From the sequence record PZ452595.1: a stretch of 64,000 bases of DNA; one strand, written 5' to 3'. Shown here in pieces: positions 35,215-45,285 of the stretch. The DNA comes from a phage. Every line of letters starts with the position of its first letter. Within the stretch, counting starts at the first letter, position 1. Under the pieces are notes generated by a model. It did no database searches. It was not told the DNA's origin and was given only the letters and a program-made list of their open reading frames with translations. A program made the position numbers and the translations under genes.

Positions 35215-35658
35215 TTAATATGCCTGCAAAACAAATTTAAAGTTATCAGCCAACATACGGTTCATTTCTTCAAGTGTTTGATACTCAGAATGATGATTAC
35301 GAGTAAACGCCAAAGCTAACTGACCTTTTCCAAATCCCGTCGTCAGAGGTTTCATCTTAGAAGCAGGCAGATAAAACACTGCGTATACCATATTGTTATT
35401 TGCAATAGTACGCGCAAGTTGAGACCGGCGTTGACGAATATGACTTAGAACTGCACTGAATCCTTGCTTAGAACGCTGATTACCTACATAAAATCGTGCA
35501 GATACGCATGAACCATCGAATTCACTTACTAAAAAGTAAAATCCAGGTTTAGACAAAATGTCTTTATGCGGAGTTCCCAAAAACCATTCACCACCCTTGA
35601 TTGTACCAATAACAGTAGCGCCTGCATCATTCAGATCAGTAACAGTCATATATTTCAT
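35215..35658 (-). CDS. ndd: nucleoid disruption protein Ndd
   Basis: ATG at 35658 preceded by GAGGA gives [28 protein letters not shown]... (147 aa); track start is upstream non-ATG. Confidence 0.75.
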
Positions 35659-35718
35659 ATTAATTTCCTCTAAATTATTTTCTACTCCAAGGCCGCATGA
35701 ATACACACGGCCATTAAA

Positions 35719-35934
35719 TTAATCGTCGCAGTCGACGCTCAATTCCCAAAACTCTTCTACAGTATAAGTTTCAGTATCATTTTCAATACAGAAACGTTCA
35801 TTACTATTATTTTCTAAAGTAGCGTTAACTGTCATTTTCTCGCTAGTGCTCTTAAGAGGTGAAATACGAATTAACTGATCACCGTTATCTAAACAAAAAA
35901 TTTCACCAACTTTTACATCTTTAAAGATTTTCAT
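35719..35934 (-). CDS. hypothetical protein
   Basis: 71 aa, ATG start. Confidence 0.5.
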   Translation of the reverse strand: MKIFKDVKVGEIFCLDNGDQLIRISPLKSTSEKMTVNATLENNSNERFCIENDTETYTVEEFWELSVDCDD

Positions 35935-36049
35935 AATTCACCTCAGGGAGTATAAAATCCAAACGCAGTTGTTGACCATCCCATCCAATACGGAAAATTT
36001 GCACCAATGTAAAACATAAGAATATAAAACCAACCGCTCAGCAAATTCA

Positions 36050-36247
36050 TCATTTTACACCGTTCCAAATTGTTTCAACCACAGATTTTAAACCATTTTG
36101 ATGAATATCAATTCCGACTACTGTCATCAAATAGATTCCAACTACAACTGAACCTAAGGCAAAAATCAGCATGAAAATGAATAAAGCCGGAAAAATATTA
36201 TCGAAAAACCATTCAATAAATGTAAAAGCACTGCGTTTACGCTTCAT
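36050..36247 (-). CDS. small membrane protein
   Basis: ATG at 36247 preceded by GAGGA (65 aa); one long hydrophobic segment. Confidence 0.45.
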   Translation of the reverse strand: MKRKRSAFTFIEWFFDNIFPALFIFMLIFALGSVVVGIYLMTVVGIDIHQNGLKSVVETIWNGVK

Positions 36248-36254
36248 ATTTTCC

Positions 36255-36368
36255 TCACATAAATCCAAAGTAAACGTTTAATACATCAATCATTAAAACG
36301 ATTGGGAATATACTCAAAACTATTAGTATTATAACTACATTCCATATAGCTTTAACAATCTTTTTCAT
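36255..36368 (-). CDS. small membrane peptide
   Basis: ATG at 36368 preceded by GGAGG (37 aa, MKKIVKAIWNVVIILIVLSIFPIVL...); track frame extends through the promoter. Confidence 0.4.
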   Translation of the reverse strand: MKKIVKAIWNVVIILIVLSIFPIVLMIDVLNVYFGFM

Positions 36369-36396
36369 TTTCTGTTCCTCCGTAGTTGATAGGGTA

Positions 36397-36425
36397 ATAG
36401 TACCACGGAAGAACAGTCTTGTAAA
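36397..36425 (-). promoter_or_regulatory. T4-type early promoter
   Basis: Minus sense GTTTACA, 17-nt spacer, TGG-TACTAT; leader CTATCAACTACGGAGGAACAGAAA-ATG nearly identical to the one at 63208..63231. Confidence 0.55.
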
Positions 36426-36684
36426 CAACTTTTTAAAAATATTCGTAATAAATGTGAATACCAACTACTACCGCTGAAACTTGCACAACCCACCACGCAC
36501 AAGCAATAAGTACAGAATTCAAAATTTTCATAATAACCTCATTACAAAAGTAAATGTTAAACAAATTACTGGAATACTAATTAACCAAACAAAACACCAC
36601 CACAGTGAACTCATAGTTCAATCTCAGCGATTTTCATTTTATTCTCCAAATCCGTATCAGTAGTTGTCAGTAGTTGATAGTTGT

Positions 36685-36713
36685 ATAGTACCACGGTCCT
36701 TGTGGTATGTAAA
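36685..36713 (-). promoter_or_regulatory. T4-type early promoter downstream of denB
   Basis: Minus sense GTTTACA, 17-nt spacer, TGG-TACTAT; tandem duplication of CAGTAGTTG in the leader. Confidence 0.5.
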
Positions 36714-36729
36714 CCATTTTGTGAAATTT

Positions 36730-37287
36730 TTAAATGGAAAGATACCATCCGTTGTAGTTGCTTTTTCTTACAACCTTACGAAGGTCTTCTCTATCACCGA
36801 TGAACTTCGGAGTGTACTGGATGACACCTGGATGAATTTCTTTAGTGTTGAATATAATTATACAGTCAGCGACTTGATGATTTAGAATGGGCCCTAGATT
36901 TATTCCAGAACCGTATGGATACTCTCCGCTGCATCCTGTTGTTACAGAAATCCAACGTGAGTCAGTTTGATGTGTCTTAACTTCTACACGAAGCCCGCAG
37001 TATTTTGGATGCGCCAATACATCCCATGCATATGTGTACGGATCATCGACATCTTCTTGGCCTTTATTGACATATCCGCTTAGCCAATCTGCCACAAAAA
37101 ACTCTGCGTACACAGCGATACGGCATCTTTCGATAACTTCTGCCTTATCCTGATTTGGGTTCTGTTTTAAAGAGTATCTTGCAGTATCAGCAATTTTGAC
37201 CTTCATTTCACTAGTCAAGTCACTGTTCGATAGGGTAAATGTCGGAATCTGAAACAGTCTCTGTAAACCCGGATTCGTTTTCTGCAT
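36730..37287 (-). CDS. denB: endonuclease IV
   Basis: 185 aa, ATG start; same length and position (between rIIB and ndd) as T4 denB. Confidence 0.8.
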   Translation of the reverse strand: MQKTNPGLQRLFQIPTFTLSNSDLTSEMKVKIADTARYSLKQNPNQDKAEVIERCRIAVYAEFFVADWLSGYVNKGQEDVDDPYTYAWDVLAHPKYCGLRVEVKTHQTDSRWISVTTGCSGEYPYGSGINLGPILNHQVADCIIIFNTKEIHPGVIQYTPKFIGDREDLRKVVRKSNYNGWYLSI

Positions 37288-37344
37288 TTAAACTTTCCTT
37301 TTATGTCGGAATCACCGATATTCATATAAATCATAATTTCTCTT

Positions 37345-37366
37345 AAAACAAAAGGGCCGAAGCCCC
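37345..37366 (-). terminator. rho-independent terminator
   Basis: GGGC-UUCG-GCCC stem-loop followed by UUUUGUUUU in minus sense, between the 64-aa ORF and denB. Confidence 0.5.
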
Positions 37367-37371
37367 TTATT

Positions 37372-37566
37372 TTACTTGAATTGTGCAATTCTTTTCTCTA
37401 GACATTCAGCATAAGATTTCATTGAGATAAACTGCGAAAGTAACAGTTCTTGCTCAACTGCATTAACTGTTAGAAACTTTGCGCTTTCTAAAAATTTGCT
37501 CAGTGCATTAATTTTGAGCATTAATTGATCGTATTCTTCTTTTACTCGTGCTTGATAACCTAACAT
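37372..37566 (-). CDS. hypothetical coiled-coil protein (denB.1 position)
   Basis: 64 aa, ATG start preceded by AAGGAAAA. Confidence 0.5.
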   Translation of the reverse strand: MLGYQARVKEEYDQLMLKINALSKFLESAKFLTVNAVEQELLLSQFISMKSYAECLEKRIAQFK

Positions 37567-37594
37567 AATTTTCCTTAGTTAAGGGCCGAAGCCC

Positions 37595-38533
37595 TTATTT
37601 AAATTGTTCAGTAACGTCTTCAACTACTTCGTATTGGCAGGTACGCATTTTAGCATCGTTGTAATCAATCGGAATTGATACTACATCGCGAGGATGAACT
37701 TTAACTTTTACAACTCGGCTGGTTGAACTGCCAAAGTGACGAATATAAGATTTAGAACACACATGCAGACCACGAGAACAAGTTTGTGTATCATCGTCAT
37801 TCACACGAGTACGTGGCATTTTAACTACTTTACCCGGACTGTTATCAAAGGTATTTGAGTGACAGTCAAAGTAATTGCTACGAACTACTTTCCAAGCATA
37901 GAAGTAACCATCTTCTGTAATTTCAATATCGTTTGCTACCAAGAAATCAAAGAGTCGAGATACCGCTTTTTGGCTTGGGTTTTCCAGCAGATTTTCCAAG
38001 AACGGAAAATAAAATTCAAAGTTTTCGCCTTTTTCCATCGAGTCAAGAATACGATCAACCAAACCAGACCGCAATTCAATATTTTGATAGAACAAGCTTC
38101 CACCTTCAATTCGAACATCGCCGGAAATATATTTTTCAACAGCGCGACGAACATTAATTTTTTGTGCCGCTTCTTCCAACTTATCCGCTACAAGCAGATT
38201 AAGAATTTCCTGGAAGTTTGAATGAGTATTAGGAGTTGCATTATAAGTTACACCGTCAACAGTAATTGAAATGAATTTTTTAGATGCATTCCAAATAATG
38301 TCAGATTTAGCAACTGGAGCAATAACTGCATCGCTATTAACTTTAACTGTAATATCACCGCTAATAGTAACTTTAGGGCGTTTAGCTTCTTCAGCATTTT
38401 TCAAAACACGACGGATTGTGTCAACCGATACACCTTGCCAATCAGCCAATTCCTGTTGGGTGTAATTACCACTTGAATACAGTTTAACAATTTCAGCTTG
38501 TTCGTTTTTGGTCAGGCATTTAATATTGTACAT
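37595..38533 (-). CDS. rIIB: rIIB membrane-associated protein
   Basis: 312 aa, ATG start; same length as T4 rIIB; directly downstream of rIIA. Confidence 0.92.
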   Translation of the reverse strand: MYNIKCLTKNEQAEIVKLYSSGNYTQQELADWQGVSVDTIRRVLKNAEEAKRPKVTISGDITVKVNSDAVIAPVAKSDIIWNASKKFISITVDGVTYNATPNTHSNFQEILNLLVADKLEEAAQKINVRRAVEKYISGDVRIEGGSLFYQNIELRSGLVDRILDSMEKGENFEFYFPFLENLLENPSQKAVSRLFDFLVANDIEITEDGYFYAWKVVRSNYFDCHSNTFDNSPGKVVKMPRTRVNDDDTQTCSRGLHVCSKSYIRHFGSSTSRVVKVKVHPRDVVSIPIDYNDAKMRTCQYEVVEDVTEQFK

Positions 38534-38544
38534 AATTTTCCTTA

Positions 38545-40722
38545 TTAGGCCGCAAGGGCCTTCATAGTTTTAGCGATTTGGGAAACTTCATCATCACTTA
38601 AAGAGTTGCGATAACTGATGAAGTCGGAAACAATACGGAATTTCTTGGTAAACTCAGCAACCATTTTATCACTGTTTTTTGAAGCATTATTTGATAATAC
38701 ATCAAAAAGATTAGTTACTGTCCAGATGTCATGACCGATGGTATCTTTTCCACCATTAAAATATACACCCTGTAATGAACTAACCATATTAGCGAGTCGT
38801 GTATATTCTTCAGAAACTTCATCTACACTGAAGTACTTCATCATAAAATCTAACTCAGGATACTTGATAATTTTATCAATATATCGTTTAGCTGAACTTG
38901 AATAACCTACATACTTATCATAATCTACATCATCAAAAGCATCTACATATAAATCACGCAAAGCTTCAAAAATACATTGGCACTGACCGAGTTCTTTTAC
39001 CTTTTTCTGTAAAAGCGGACGAATAACATAAAATTCATTAATGCCAATAAGATTAGCCATACGAATCAAAATATTCATAGATGGATGACAAAGAGATGTA
39101 GTACCATCCATAGAGAAAATATCAGAACGATGCATATACGCTACATAACCAGTAATTTCATCTGCTTCTGACGTAAGTGTAAATAGTTCCTCTTTTTCCC
39201 AGCGCCCGTCTTTAATTTCAAACTTAAATGCTGTAGCAGCTTTAGGACGAGGAGCTTTACTTTTAACTACCTTTGGAATATAGCTTTTAACTAAAGCTTC
39301 AATTTCTGACAAATAATGAATGTTAACTTCATCACTTTCAAACATCGCCATAATATCAGGAAGTAAATCAATCTGCGATTCTACTTCTGGGTTAATAAAC
39401 AGAAGGCGTTCGTTATGATGAATATTTAAAGTGTTATTAAATTCACTATCATCTAACGCATGTGCTAATCCACGGACAATATTAACACGATTTTTAATAT
39501 CATCAATAACGATATTAATTTTTGTTGTATTAATACCAAACAGACGATAGCTTGATGCAACGGCTGAAGTTTCATGGCTTTGCTTAATACGTTTCAGCCG
39601 AGGGTCAAGATTTACTTCATACACAACTCCTGCATTGCATAACTTACTATCAGGTTCAAACATGCTCTGCATCTTTTTATATGACAGATTTTTAGTCGTG
39701 AATTTGACTGAATTACTAATCATATAATCTCGAGCAGAATACCCCATCTTCATCAATTCACGATATGTATGACGAGGAGATGTAGATTCTTTAAATCGTT
39801 TTACATCTTCATTAAATGCTTTCTCACTGAGTTCTTTAACTCGTTCAATAATATTTTTACGAGTACGATCATCCAGTGAAAGAGCCTCGCGAGATGGAGC
39901 AATATCAAGTGAACCCATTGGAAACTTAATGTAATTCACTTCATTGCGAATGCTTAGCCAGTTACGGTCTCTAATAACACCATCGATAGGATAAACAATA
40001 CCGCCGTAGATAGCATACAATCCACCACGATCAGGCCAGTATCTTTCTGGATTTACGCCGTAATAATCATCGAAATCCGGAAAATAATCAATTTCGCGGT
40101 CAAGACCATTAATGATAGCCAAATCTTTGAACGGTCGCATGATATAAGAAACTTCATAAGCAAAGTTTCTAAAGTCTTTTTCTTCAACTGGAACTACGAT
40201 TTCAATACCAGTTTTATCATCTGGACCCATTTCTTTTACGAATGTAGGTTTAATCTGTGGACCATCACCATCCATGTAAGCTACATAACCACGAATTTCA
40301 CCTTTATGATAAGAAGTAATACTAAACGTATCAGTATAACTAAACGGAGATTTAGAACCTAAACCAAATCCGCCAATAAAGTCATTAGATTCAGCTTTAG
40401 ATGAACTGAAGTATGAATTATACAACCCAGGAGAATTATCATCACCTTGAATATCAAAATCACTCATACCCGGACCAAAATCTCGACAAACAAATCGTGG
40501 GTCTAAACGTCCAGGAACTTGTATGATAAATTTCTCTGGATTTCCATTAAGTGCATGAGCATCAATCATGTTAGTAATCAATTCACGGACTACTGCGCGA
40601 ATCTTGTTTGTATATAAATCAGATGACAGAATTTTAAATACTTTAGGAGATGCTGTGATGCTAAATGCTTTTGATTTAGAACCATTGCCAAGAATTGTTT
40701 CTTTTTCAGTGGTGATAATCAT
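38545..40722 (-). CDS. rIIA: rIIA protein
   Basis: 725 aa, ATG start; same length as T4 rIIA; GHKL-ATPase-like N-terminal region. Confidence 0.94.
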   Translation of the reverse strand: MIITTEKETILGNGSKSKAFSITASPKVFKILSSDLYTNKIRAVVRELITNMIDAHALNGNPEKFIIQVPGRLDPRFVCRDFGPGMSDFDIQGDDNSPGLYNSYFSSSKAESNDFIGGFGLGSKSPFSYTDTFSITSYHKGEIRGYVAYMDGDGPQIKPTFVKEMGPDDKTGIEIVVPVEEKDFRNFAYEVSYIMRPFKDLAIINGLDREIDYFPDFDDYYGVNPERYWPDRGGLYAIYGGIVYPIDGVIRDRNWLSIRNEVNYIKFPMGSLDIAPSREALSLDDRTRKNIIERVKELSEKAFNEDVKRFKESTSPRHTYRELMKMGYSARDYMISNSVKFTTKNLSYKKMQSMFEPDSKLCNAGVVYEVNLDPRLKRIKQSHETSAVASSYRLFGINTTKINIVIDDIKNRVNIVRGLAHALDDSEFNNTLNIHHNERLLFINPEVESQIDLLPDIMAMFESDEVNIHYLSEIEALVKSYIPKVVKSKAPRPKAATAFKFEIKDGRWEKEELFTLTSEADEITGYVAYMHRSDIFSMDGTTSLCHPSMNILIRMANLIGINEFYVIRPLLQKKVKELGQCQCIFEALRDLYVDAFDDVDYDKYVGYSSSAKRYIDKIIKYPELDFMMKYFSVDEVSEEYTRLANMVSSLQGVYFNGGKDTIGHDIWTVTNLFDVLSNNASKNSDKMVAEFTKKFRIVSDFISYRNSLSDDEVSQIAKTMKALAA

Positions 40723-40732
40723 AATTTCCTCA

Positions 40733-40936
40733 TTAATTCATATTACGCTTAATAACTTCAGCAACTTCTAGTAGTTCATCTTTAGTTGCGGTGTCGGATT
40801 GAATTTTATCTCTAATATCTTTAAAGCGGTTTTTAAATTCTTCGGCTTCTCCCATATCGAAAAAGCGTTGAATGATTCTATATTCTCGATGAACTGCTTT
40901 ATCAAAAAGTTCTAAATTTACTTTATATGATTTCAT
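40733..40936 (-). CDS. hypothetical protein (rIIA.1 position)
   Basis: 67 aa, ATG start; early promoter 40962..40990 upstream. Confidence 0.55.
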   Translation of the reverse strand: MKSYKVNLELFDKAVHREYRIIQRFFDMGEAEEFKNRFKDIRDKIQSDTATKDELLEVAEVIKRNMN

Positions 40937-40961
40937 TTCAATATCCTCATTTGCCCAATTA

Positions 40962-40990
40962 ATTATACCACATCCTTGTGGTAAAGTAAA
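40962..40990 (-). promoter_or_regulatory. T4-type early promoter for the rIIA.1-rIIA-rIIB unit
   Basis: Minus sense GTTTACT, 17-nt spacer, TGG-TATAAT. Confidence 0.6.
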
Positions 40991-42808
40991 CTATTGGCTC
41001 ATCCATTCTTTACGAAGGTCAGCATTATCTCCCATGAGCATTTCAAAAAGCTCTTTCCAGTTCTCAGGAAGTTTAACAACATCATATACTGGGTTTTGAA
41101 TCATCTCACGATATTCAGATTTTTCCAAAGAGCCAAGTCCTTTAATATAACGGATGCTATGTTTAGGTAAAGCATCTTTAGCACTCTCATATTCAGCGAC
41201 TGTATAAAACCATTCTTGTTTTTTACCGACCTGAGCGATGATTACAGGAGTTTTGACGAAGCGAATTCGTCCTTGCTCAAACAATTCTGGCCAATTACTA
41301 AAAAATCCAAGCAGAGAAGGATAAATGCTTCCTAGACCATCATGGTCAGCATCAGTCATAATAGCAATATTATGATAATTCAAGTTTTCAGCTTTTTCAC
41401 CGAGAACTAATCCAGTGATTGCGCAAATATCAAATAGTTCTTTGTTTTTAAGCATATCTGCATAAGACATACCCCAGCTATTAAGAACTTTACCACGCAA
41501 TGGATAACCACCGTGAAGTTCTTTATCACGAACATCAATAAGATATCCGATAGCAGAATCACCCTCAGTCAAGAAAAGAGTAGTGTCAGCATCTTTACCA
41601 CAAAGATTCGCTTTGATATGTTTATGAACCTTAGCTTTAGAAGCCTTTTTAGCTGCTTTAGTTTCTGCTGCTTTTTCTGCCGCCAATTTACGAGCCAAAG
41701 CAGCTTCAATAATCGGCATTAGAATTGCTTCATTATTTAGAATAGCACGTGAAATCTTTTTAGCATCAAGCTGAATATGACTACGGATTTCACCAAATGG
41801 AGAAGTCAAACGCTCTTTAGTTTGAGAATCAAATCGCATGTTTTTCATATCACGAACAAACATAACGATTGTCAAACATTCTTTTACACGCGCTTTAGTT
41901 ACATCAATTTTGAACTTACGTTTGATTTGTGGAATAAGGTCTTCACAAATATCATCCATAACACAGTCAATGTGATGGCCACCATTCTTAGTGTGAATGT
42001 TATTGACGTATGTTAATTGACGAAAACCATCCGGTGAACGACCAACCGCAATAGAACAATTTTCTTGTTCTTGAACGATAGCATGCTCATCATATTGGCG
42101 TGCATATTTCTTAAAATTGCCCTGAACCTTTTTACCATTAAAGGTAAATTGAATATCAGGATAAACTACTGCAAGTGTCTGGAGACGATCTAGTGTAATG
42201 TCAAGATAAACTTGGGACAGCTCATTAGTTTCAAATGACATAAAATCAGGAATGAAAGTAACACGAGTTCCTTTCCATTTTCCAGGAATATCTTCCCATG
42301 ATTTATTTTCCATGCCATTTGAACAACGAACTACAATATTATTTTGACCATCACCAGTTTCACCGACAAACATCACAGAAAAAATGTTTGTCAAACTAGA
42401 ACCAACACCATTCATACCACCGGTGACGCGTTCTTTATCATCACCGAAGTTACCACCTGCTTTTGGAATAGTCCATGCAGCAACAGGACCAGGAATTTCT
42501 TCACCGGTAGGTGTTTTAACCATCGCTTGTGGAATACCACGACCGTTATCTTCAACTGTTACTTGATTGTTTTTAATAGTAACATTAATTTTATTTGCGA
42601 ATTTAAACTTAGTACGAATACCTTCATCTACTGAGTTATCGATAATTTCATCAATAAGCTTAACAAGACCAGGTACATACTGAACACTTTCCCATTTACC
42701 AAACAGAAAGCGCTCATGCATTTCATTAGCAGAAGAGCCGATGTACATGCCACTGCGCTTTTTGATATGTTCAATATCGCTCAGAATTTTAATTTCATTC
42801 TTAATCAT
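40991..42808 (-). CDS. 39: topoisomerase II large subunit, unsplit (39 + 60 in one frame)
   Basis: ATG at 42808 (605 aa); GHKL ATPase motifs (EIIDNSVDE, GRGIP) and Toprim region (…IAIMTDADHDG…) in one continuous frame; no gene 60 gap. Confidence 0.93.
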   Translation of the reverse strand: MIKNEIKILSDIEHIKKRSGMYIGSSANEMHERFLFGKWESVQYVPGLVKLIDEIIDNSVDEGIRTKFKFANKINVTIKNNQVTVEDNGRGIPQAMVKTPTGEEIPGPVAAWTIPKAGGNFGDDKERVTGGMNGVGSSLTNIFSVMFVGETGDGQNNIVVRCSNGMENKSWEDIPGKWKGTRVTFIPDFMSFETNELSQVYLDITLDRLQTLAVVYPDIQFTFNGKKVQGNFKKYARQYDEHAIVQEQENCSIAVGRSPDGFRQLTYVNNIHTKNGGHHIDCVMDDICEDLIPQIKRKFKIDVTKARVKECLTIVMFVRDMKNMRFDSQTKERLTSPFGEIRSHIQLDAKKISRAILNNEAILMPIIEAALARKLAAEKAAETKAAKKASKAKVHKHIKANLCGKDADTTLFLTEGDSAIGYLIDVRDKELHGGYPLRGKVLNSWGMSYADMLKNKELFDICAITGLVLGEKAENLNYHNIAIMTDADHDGLGSIYPSLLGFFSNWPELFEQGRIRFVKTPVIIAQVGKKQEWFYTVAEYESAKDALPKHSIRYIKGLGSLEKSEYREMIQNPVYDVVKLPENWKELFEMLMGDNADLRKEWMSQ

Positions 42809-42861
42809 CACTTATCCTCGTTTGGTTTCGGGAATATTATACTCCAATAATCATAAAGCTA

Positions 42862-42877
42862 AAGGCCCGAAGGCCTT
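42862..42877 (-). terminator. hairpin, possible weak terminator
   Basis: AAGGCC-UUCG-GGCCUU stem-loop between the lipoprotein ORF and gene 39; only a weak U-run follows. Confidence 0.35.
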
Positions 42878-43138
42878 TTATTTAAAACGGATAGTCGAAT
42901 CCTTAAAGAACAGCCCAGAACATACTGTTCCTTCTACTTTCTGCCCAGTAGGTCCAATAGCACGAAATCCAGTATGCTGGAAATCATTTTCAGAGCAACC
43001 GAACCAATTATATCCAGTGATTTCAATATTAGTAAAACCACTTGAAGATAAAACTTTGGTTGCATTATCAGCATCAGTACATCCTGCTAACGACACTGCT
43101 AATACTAATGCTGCGATAGAACGATTAATATATTTCAT
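42878..43138 (-). CDS. putative lipoprotein (39.1 position)
   Basis: ATG at 43138 (86 aa); signal peptide with lipobox LAGC (MKYINRSIAALVLAVSLAGCTD). Confidence 0.5.
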   Translation of the reverse strand: MKYINRSIAALVLAVSLAGCTDADNATKVLSSSGFTNIEITGYNWFGCSENDFQHTGFRAIGPTGQKVEGTVCSGLFFKDSTIRFK

Positions 43139-43143
43139 AATTT

Positions 43144-43515
43144 TCACTTAAATTTAATGGCTTGAAGAAGACTAATAACTCTCAAGCGACTTCTTTCATC
43201 TTTAACTGTAAAAGAAAGAGGGTCACCAGATTTCATAGTAATAGTACATTCAAAATCAAAATCTTCGGAAACTTCTTTGAAGAAGTCAAATTCTTCATCA
43301 TAAATTAGAACATTACTCTGACAACTATGAAGAATTTTTCCATCATTTCCAGATGCTGTACTAATCATTGTAACATTATGACCTTTCATATCTTCAACGA
43401 TAAATTCACTAGTCAATATTACAGCATTAATAGAACTATTCCTATTACTAGCAGAAAGTAGATATTTCTGTTCTTCACCTTCACGAATGCGATATTTCTT
43501 ACCGATTTTAAACAT
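43144..43515 (-). CDS. hypothetical protein
   Basis: 123 aa, ATG start. Confidence 0.55.
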   Translation of the reverse strand: MFKIGKKYRIREGEEQKYLLSASNRNSSINAVILTSEFIVEDMKGHNVTMISTASGNDGKILHSCQSNVLIYDEEFDFFKEVSEDFDFECTITMKSGDPLSFTVKDERSRLRVISLLQAIKFK

Positions 43516-43517
43516 AA

Positions 43518-43694
43518 TTACCCTTTAAGTAAGTCGTAAAAACCACCATTCACATGCTTAGGAGCAGAAGGCCGACGAGTAGACAAACGATGACATTTAG
43601 GGCAAACATCATTTTCTCGTTCAGAAATCTTTTTAATTTTTTCATATTCATGCCCACAATCTTCGGATTGGCATTTATAATCATACATTGGCAT
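43518..43694 (-). CDS. zinc-ribbon small protein, not in ORF track
   Basis: 58 aa hand-translated (MPMYDYKCQSEDCGHEYEKIKKISERENDVCPKCHRL...); two CxxC pairs; AAGGA 6 nt upstream of ATG. Confidence 0.45.
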   Translation of the reverse strand: MPMYDYKCQSEDCGHEYEKIKKISERENDVCPKCHRLSTRRPSAPKHVNGGFYDLLKG

Positions 43695-43696
43695 AA

Positions 43697-44122
43697 TTAT
43701 TCCTTAAAGTGTGCTTTCAGCATTTGATACAAGGACCATGCCTGTTCATTATTTTCAATAGTAACTTTCATGACTGGGAATTCTGTGAAATCTTCTATTT
43801 GATCTTGCTCTTTCTCTTCCTGCTCTTGCTCTTCAACTGCCTGATATGGATTTTCCACTTCATCAAAGAACCCAGCTTCGTTAGTAGAAAGCCAGATAAA
43901 GTTTTCGTCAAGGATATCACCATGTGTTGCATATCCAACTGTGCCAGTAGATGTCACAATTTTAGTAGGACGACCAAGATGGTCAACATCTAAAATTTTA
44001 AAAGGATGCATACCTAAACGGCGCGCATAGATTCCGTTATCAGTATGATCTTTAATAAAATTTTCTTGAGCTTGTTTATTTTTAAATTGATACCATTTAT
44101 TAACTTCAAATCTAATAGCCAT
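43697..44122 (-). CDS. hypothetical acidic protein
   Basis: 141 aa, ATG start; Glu-rich stretch [12 protein letters not shown]. Confidence 0.55.
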   Translation of the reverse strand: MAIRFEVNKWYQFKNKQAQENFIKDHTDNGIYARRLGMHPFKILDVDHLGRPTKIVTSTGTVGYATHGDILDENFIWLSTNEAGFFDEVENPYQAVEEQEQEEKEQDQIEDFTEFPVMKVTIENNEQAWSLYQMLKAHFKE

Positions 44123-44340
44123 TAATAAATTTCCTTCCAGTAAGTTGTACCGTCTTCAGTGATTTCACGGAATACACCATAAATCGGTTGTTTATCACCA
44201 ACCTTTTCATACACATAAACCGAAGTCAAGTGAGTAAACTTGATGGTGTGTTCCTTTTGAACTACTACCAAATTTGGATCAAATAATACATCTTCAAATT
44301 CATCATTAGTGCAATTCTGAACAATTTTACGTTTCATCAT
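44122..44340 (-). CDS. hypothetical protein
   Basis: 72 aa, ATG start (MM). Confidence 0.5.
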   Translation of the reverse strand: MMKRKIVQNCTNDEFEDVLFDPNLVVVQKEHTIKFTHLTSVYVYEKVGDKQPIYGVFREITEDGTTYWKEIY

Positions 44341-44350
44341 AATTTCCTCA

Positions 44351-44620
44351 TTAATTGAACATTGGAGCGATGCGTTTCAGAAGAGTAGCAGCACCTTTGG
44401 CGAATTTTACATCATGAAAAACAGTTTCTTCTTCCGTTACAACACGAGCTTTAATGTTTTCGCAATCCCAATTTTTGCGAACAATCTTCAAAAGCTGCAA
44501 TAAATCTTTACATTCAGCAATATCGATAACATATCCACGAGAATCTTCCATTATCGCACGATAACCATAAGCCATACCATAATCATTGAAAGATTGCTCG
44601 ATGATAATTAAGTTTTCCAT
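44351..44620 (-). CDS. hypothetical protein
   Basis: ATG at 44620 preceded by GGAG (89 aa); track start is TTG. Confidence 0.5.
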   Translation of the reverse strand: MENLIIIEQSFNDYGMAYGYRAIMEDSRGYVIDIAECKDLLQLLKIVRKNWDCENIKARVVTEEETVFHDVKFAKGAATLLKRIAPMFN

Positions 44621-44663
44621 TTTATTCTCCAAGTTATTTTCTGTATCAGTAGTTGATATTGAT

Positions 44664-44692
44664 ATAGTACCATAATCAACTACTGATGTATA
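44664..44692 (-). promoter_or_regulatory. variant early promoter
   Basis: TGG-TACTAT extended -10 with a weak -35 (TATACA); -10 sits inside a 13-nt perfect inverted repeat ATCAGTAGTTGAT / ATCAACTACTGAT. Confidence 0.4.
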
Positions 44693-44717
44693 TAGTTTTA
44701 TGAAAAAATTTTAAACT

Positions 44718-45209
44718 TTATGCATAGCGAGCTTTGCTGTAGTGTTTAATCCAACTTTCAGGAATGACTTTGTATGTTCCTAAAAATACCGCGTTGTATA
44801 ACTTAACGCCATCTTCTACCCATTGATCAGTAATGTATGCACACATGGCGCGAGTACGGTTAACAACCCCTTCCTCACCTTCAGTAAATTCAAACTCATA
44901 AGGAGCAACGAACTTAATAGCTTGACCGAGTTTCCACTTAAAGTCTACGCCTACATGCGAAGTATCAATCGTTTCAATTCCTTTAGCAGGAACAGCTTTT
45001 AAAAACGCAGACTCAAGAAATTTCGCACGAACATAGCCAAACTGAGGTTTAGACTTTCCATCTTTAGGAATGATACGCACTTTTACTTCAGAATCTTCAT
45101 CTTTAACACCGTGTTTAAGCTGAATGCTTACAACTTCAACCAATTTTCCTGCTGCTTTAGAACGGGATTTATCAGATACACGAGCAATTTCACCGATATT
45201 AATAATCAT
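44718..45209 (-). CDS. motB: MotB-like DNA-binding protein
   Basis: 163 aa, MIINIGEIARVSDKSRSKAAGK...; length and position between the cef-region ORFs and dexA match T4 MotB. Confidence 0.8.
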   Translation of the reverse strand: MIINIGEIARVSDKSRSKAAGKLVEVVSIQLKHGVKDEDSEVKVRIIPKDGKSKPQFGYVRAKFLESAFLKAVPAKGIETIDTSHVGVDFKWKLGQAIKFVAPYEFEFTEGEEGVVNRTRAMCAYITDQWVEDGVKLYNAVFLGTYKVIPESWIKHYSKARYA

Positions 45210-45253
45210 AGTTATCTCTCACTTGTTAAAAAGATTTTATACTCCACGGGACC

Positions 45254-45282
45254 ATTATACTCTGGTCCCAAGAGTTTGTAAA
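45254..45282 (-). promoter_or_regulatory. T4-type early promoter upstream of motB
   Basis: Minus sense GTTTACA, 17-nt spacer, TATAAT. Confidence 0.55.
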
Positions 45283-45285
45283 CTA

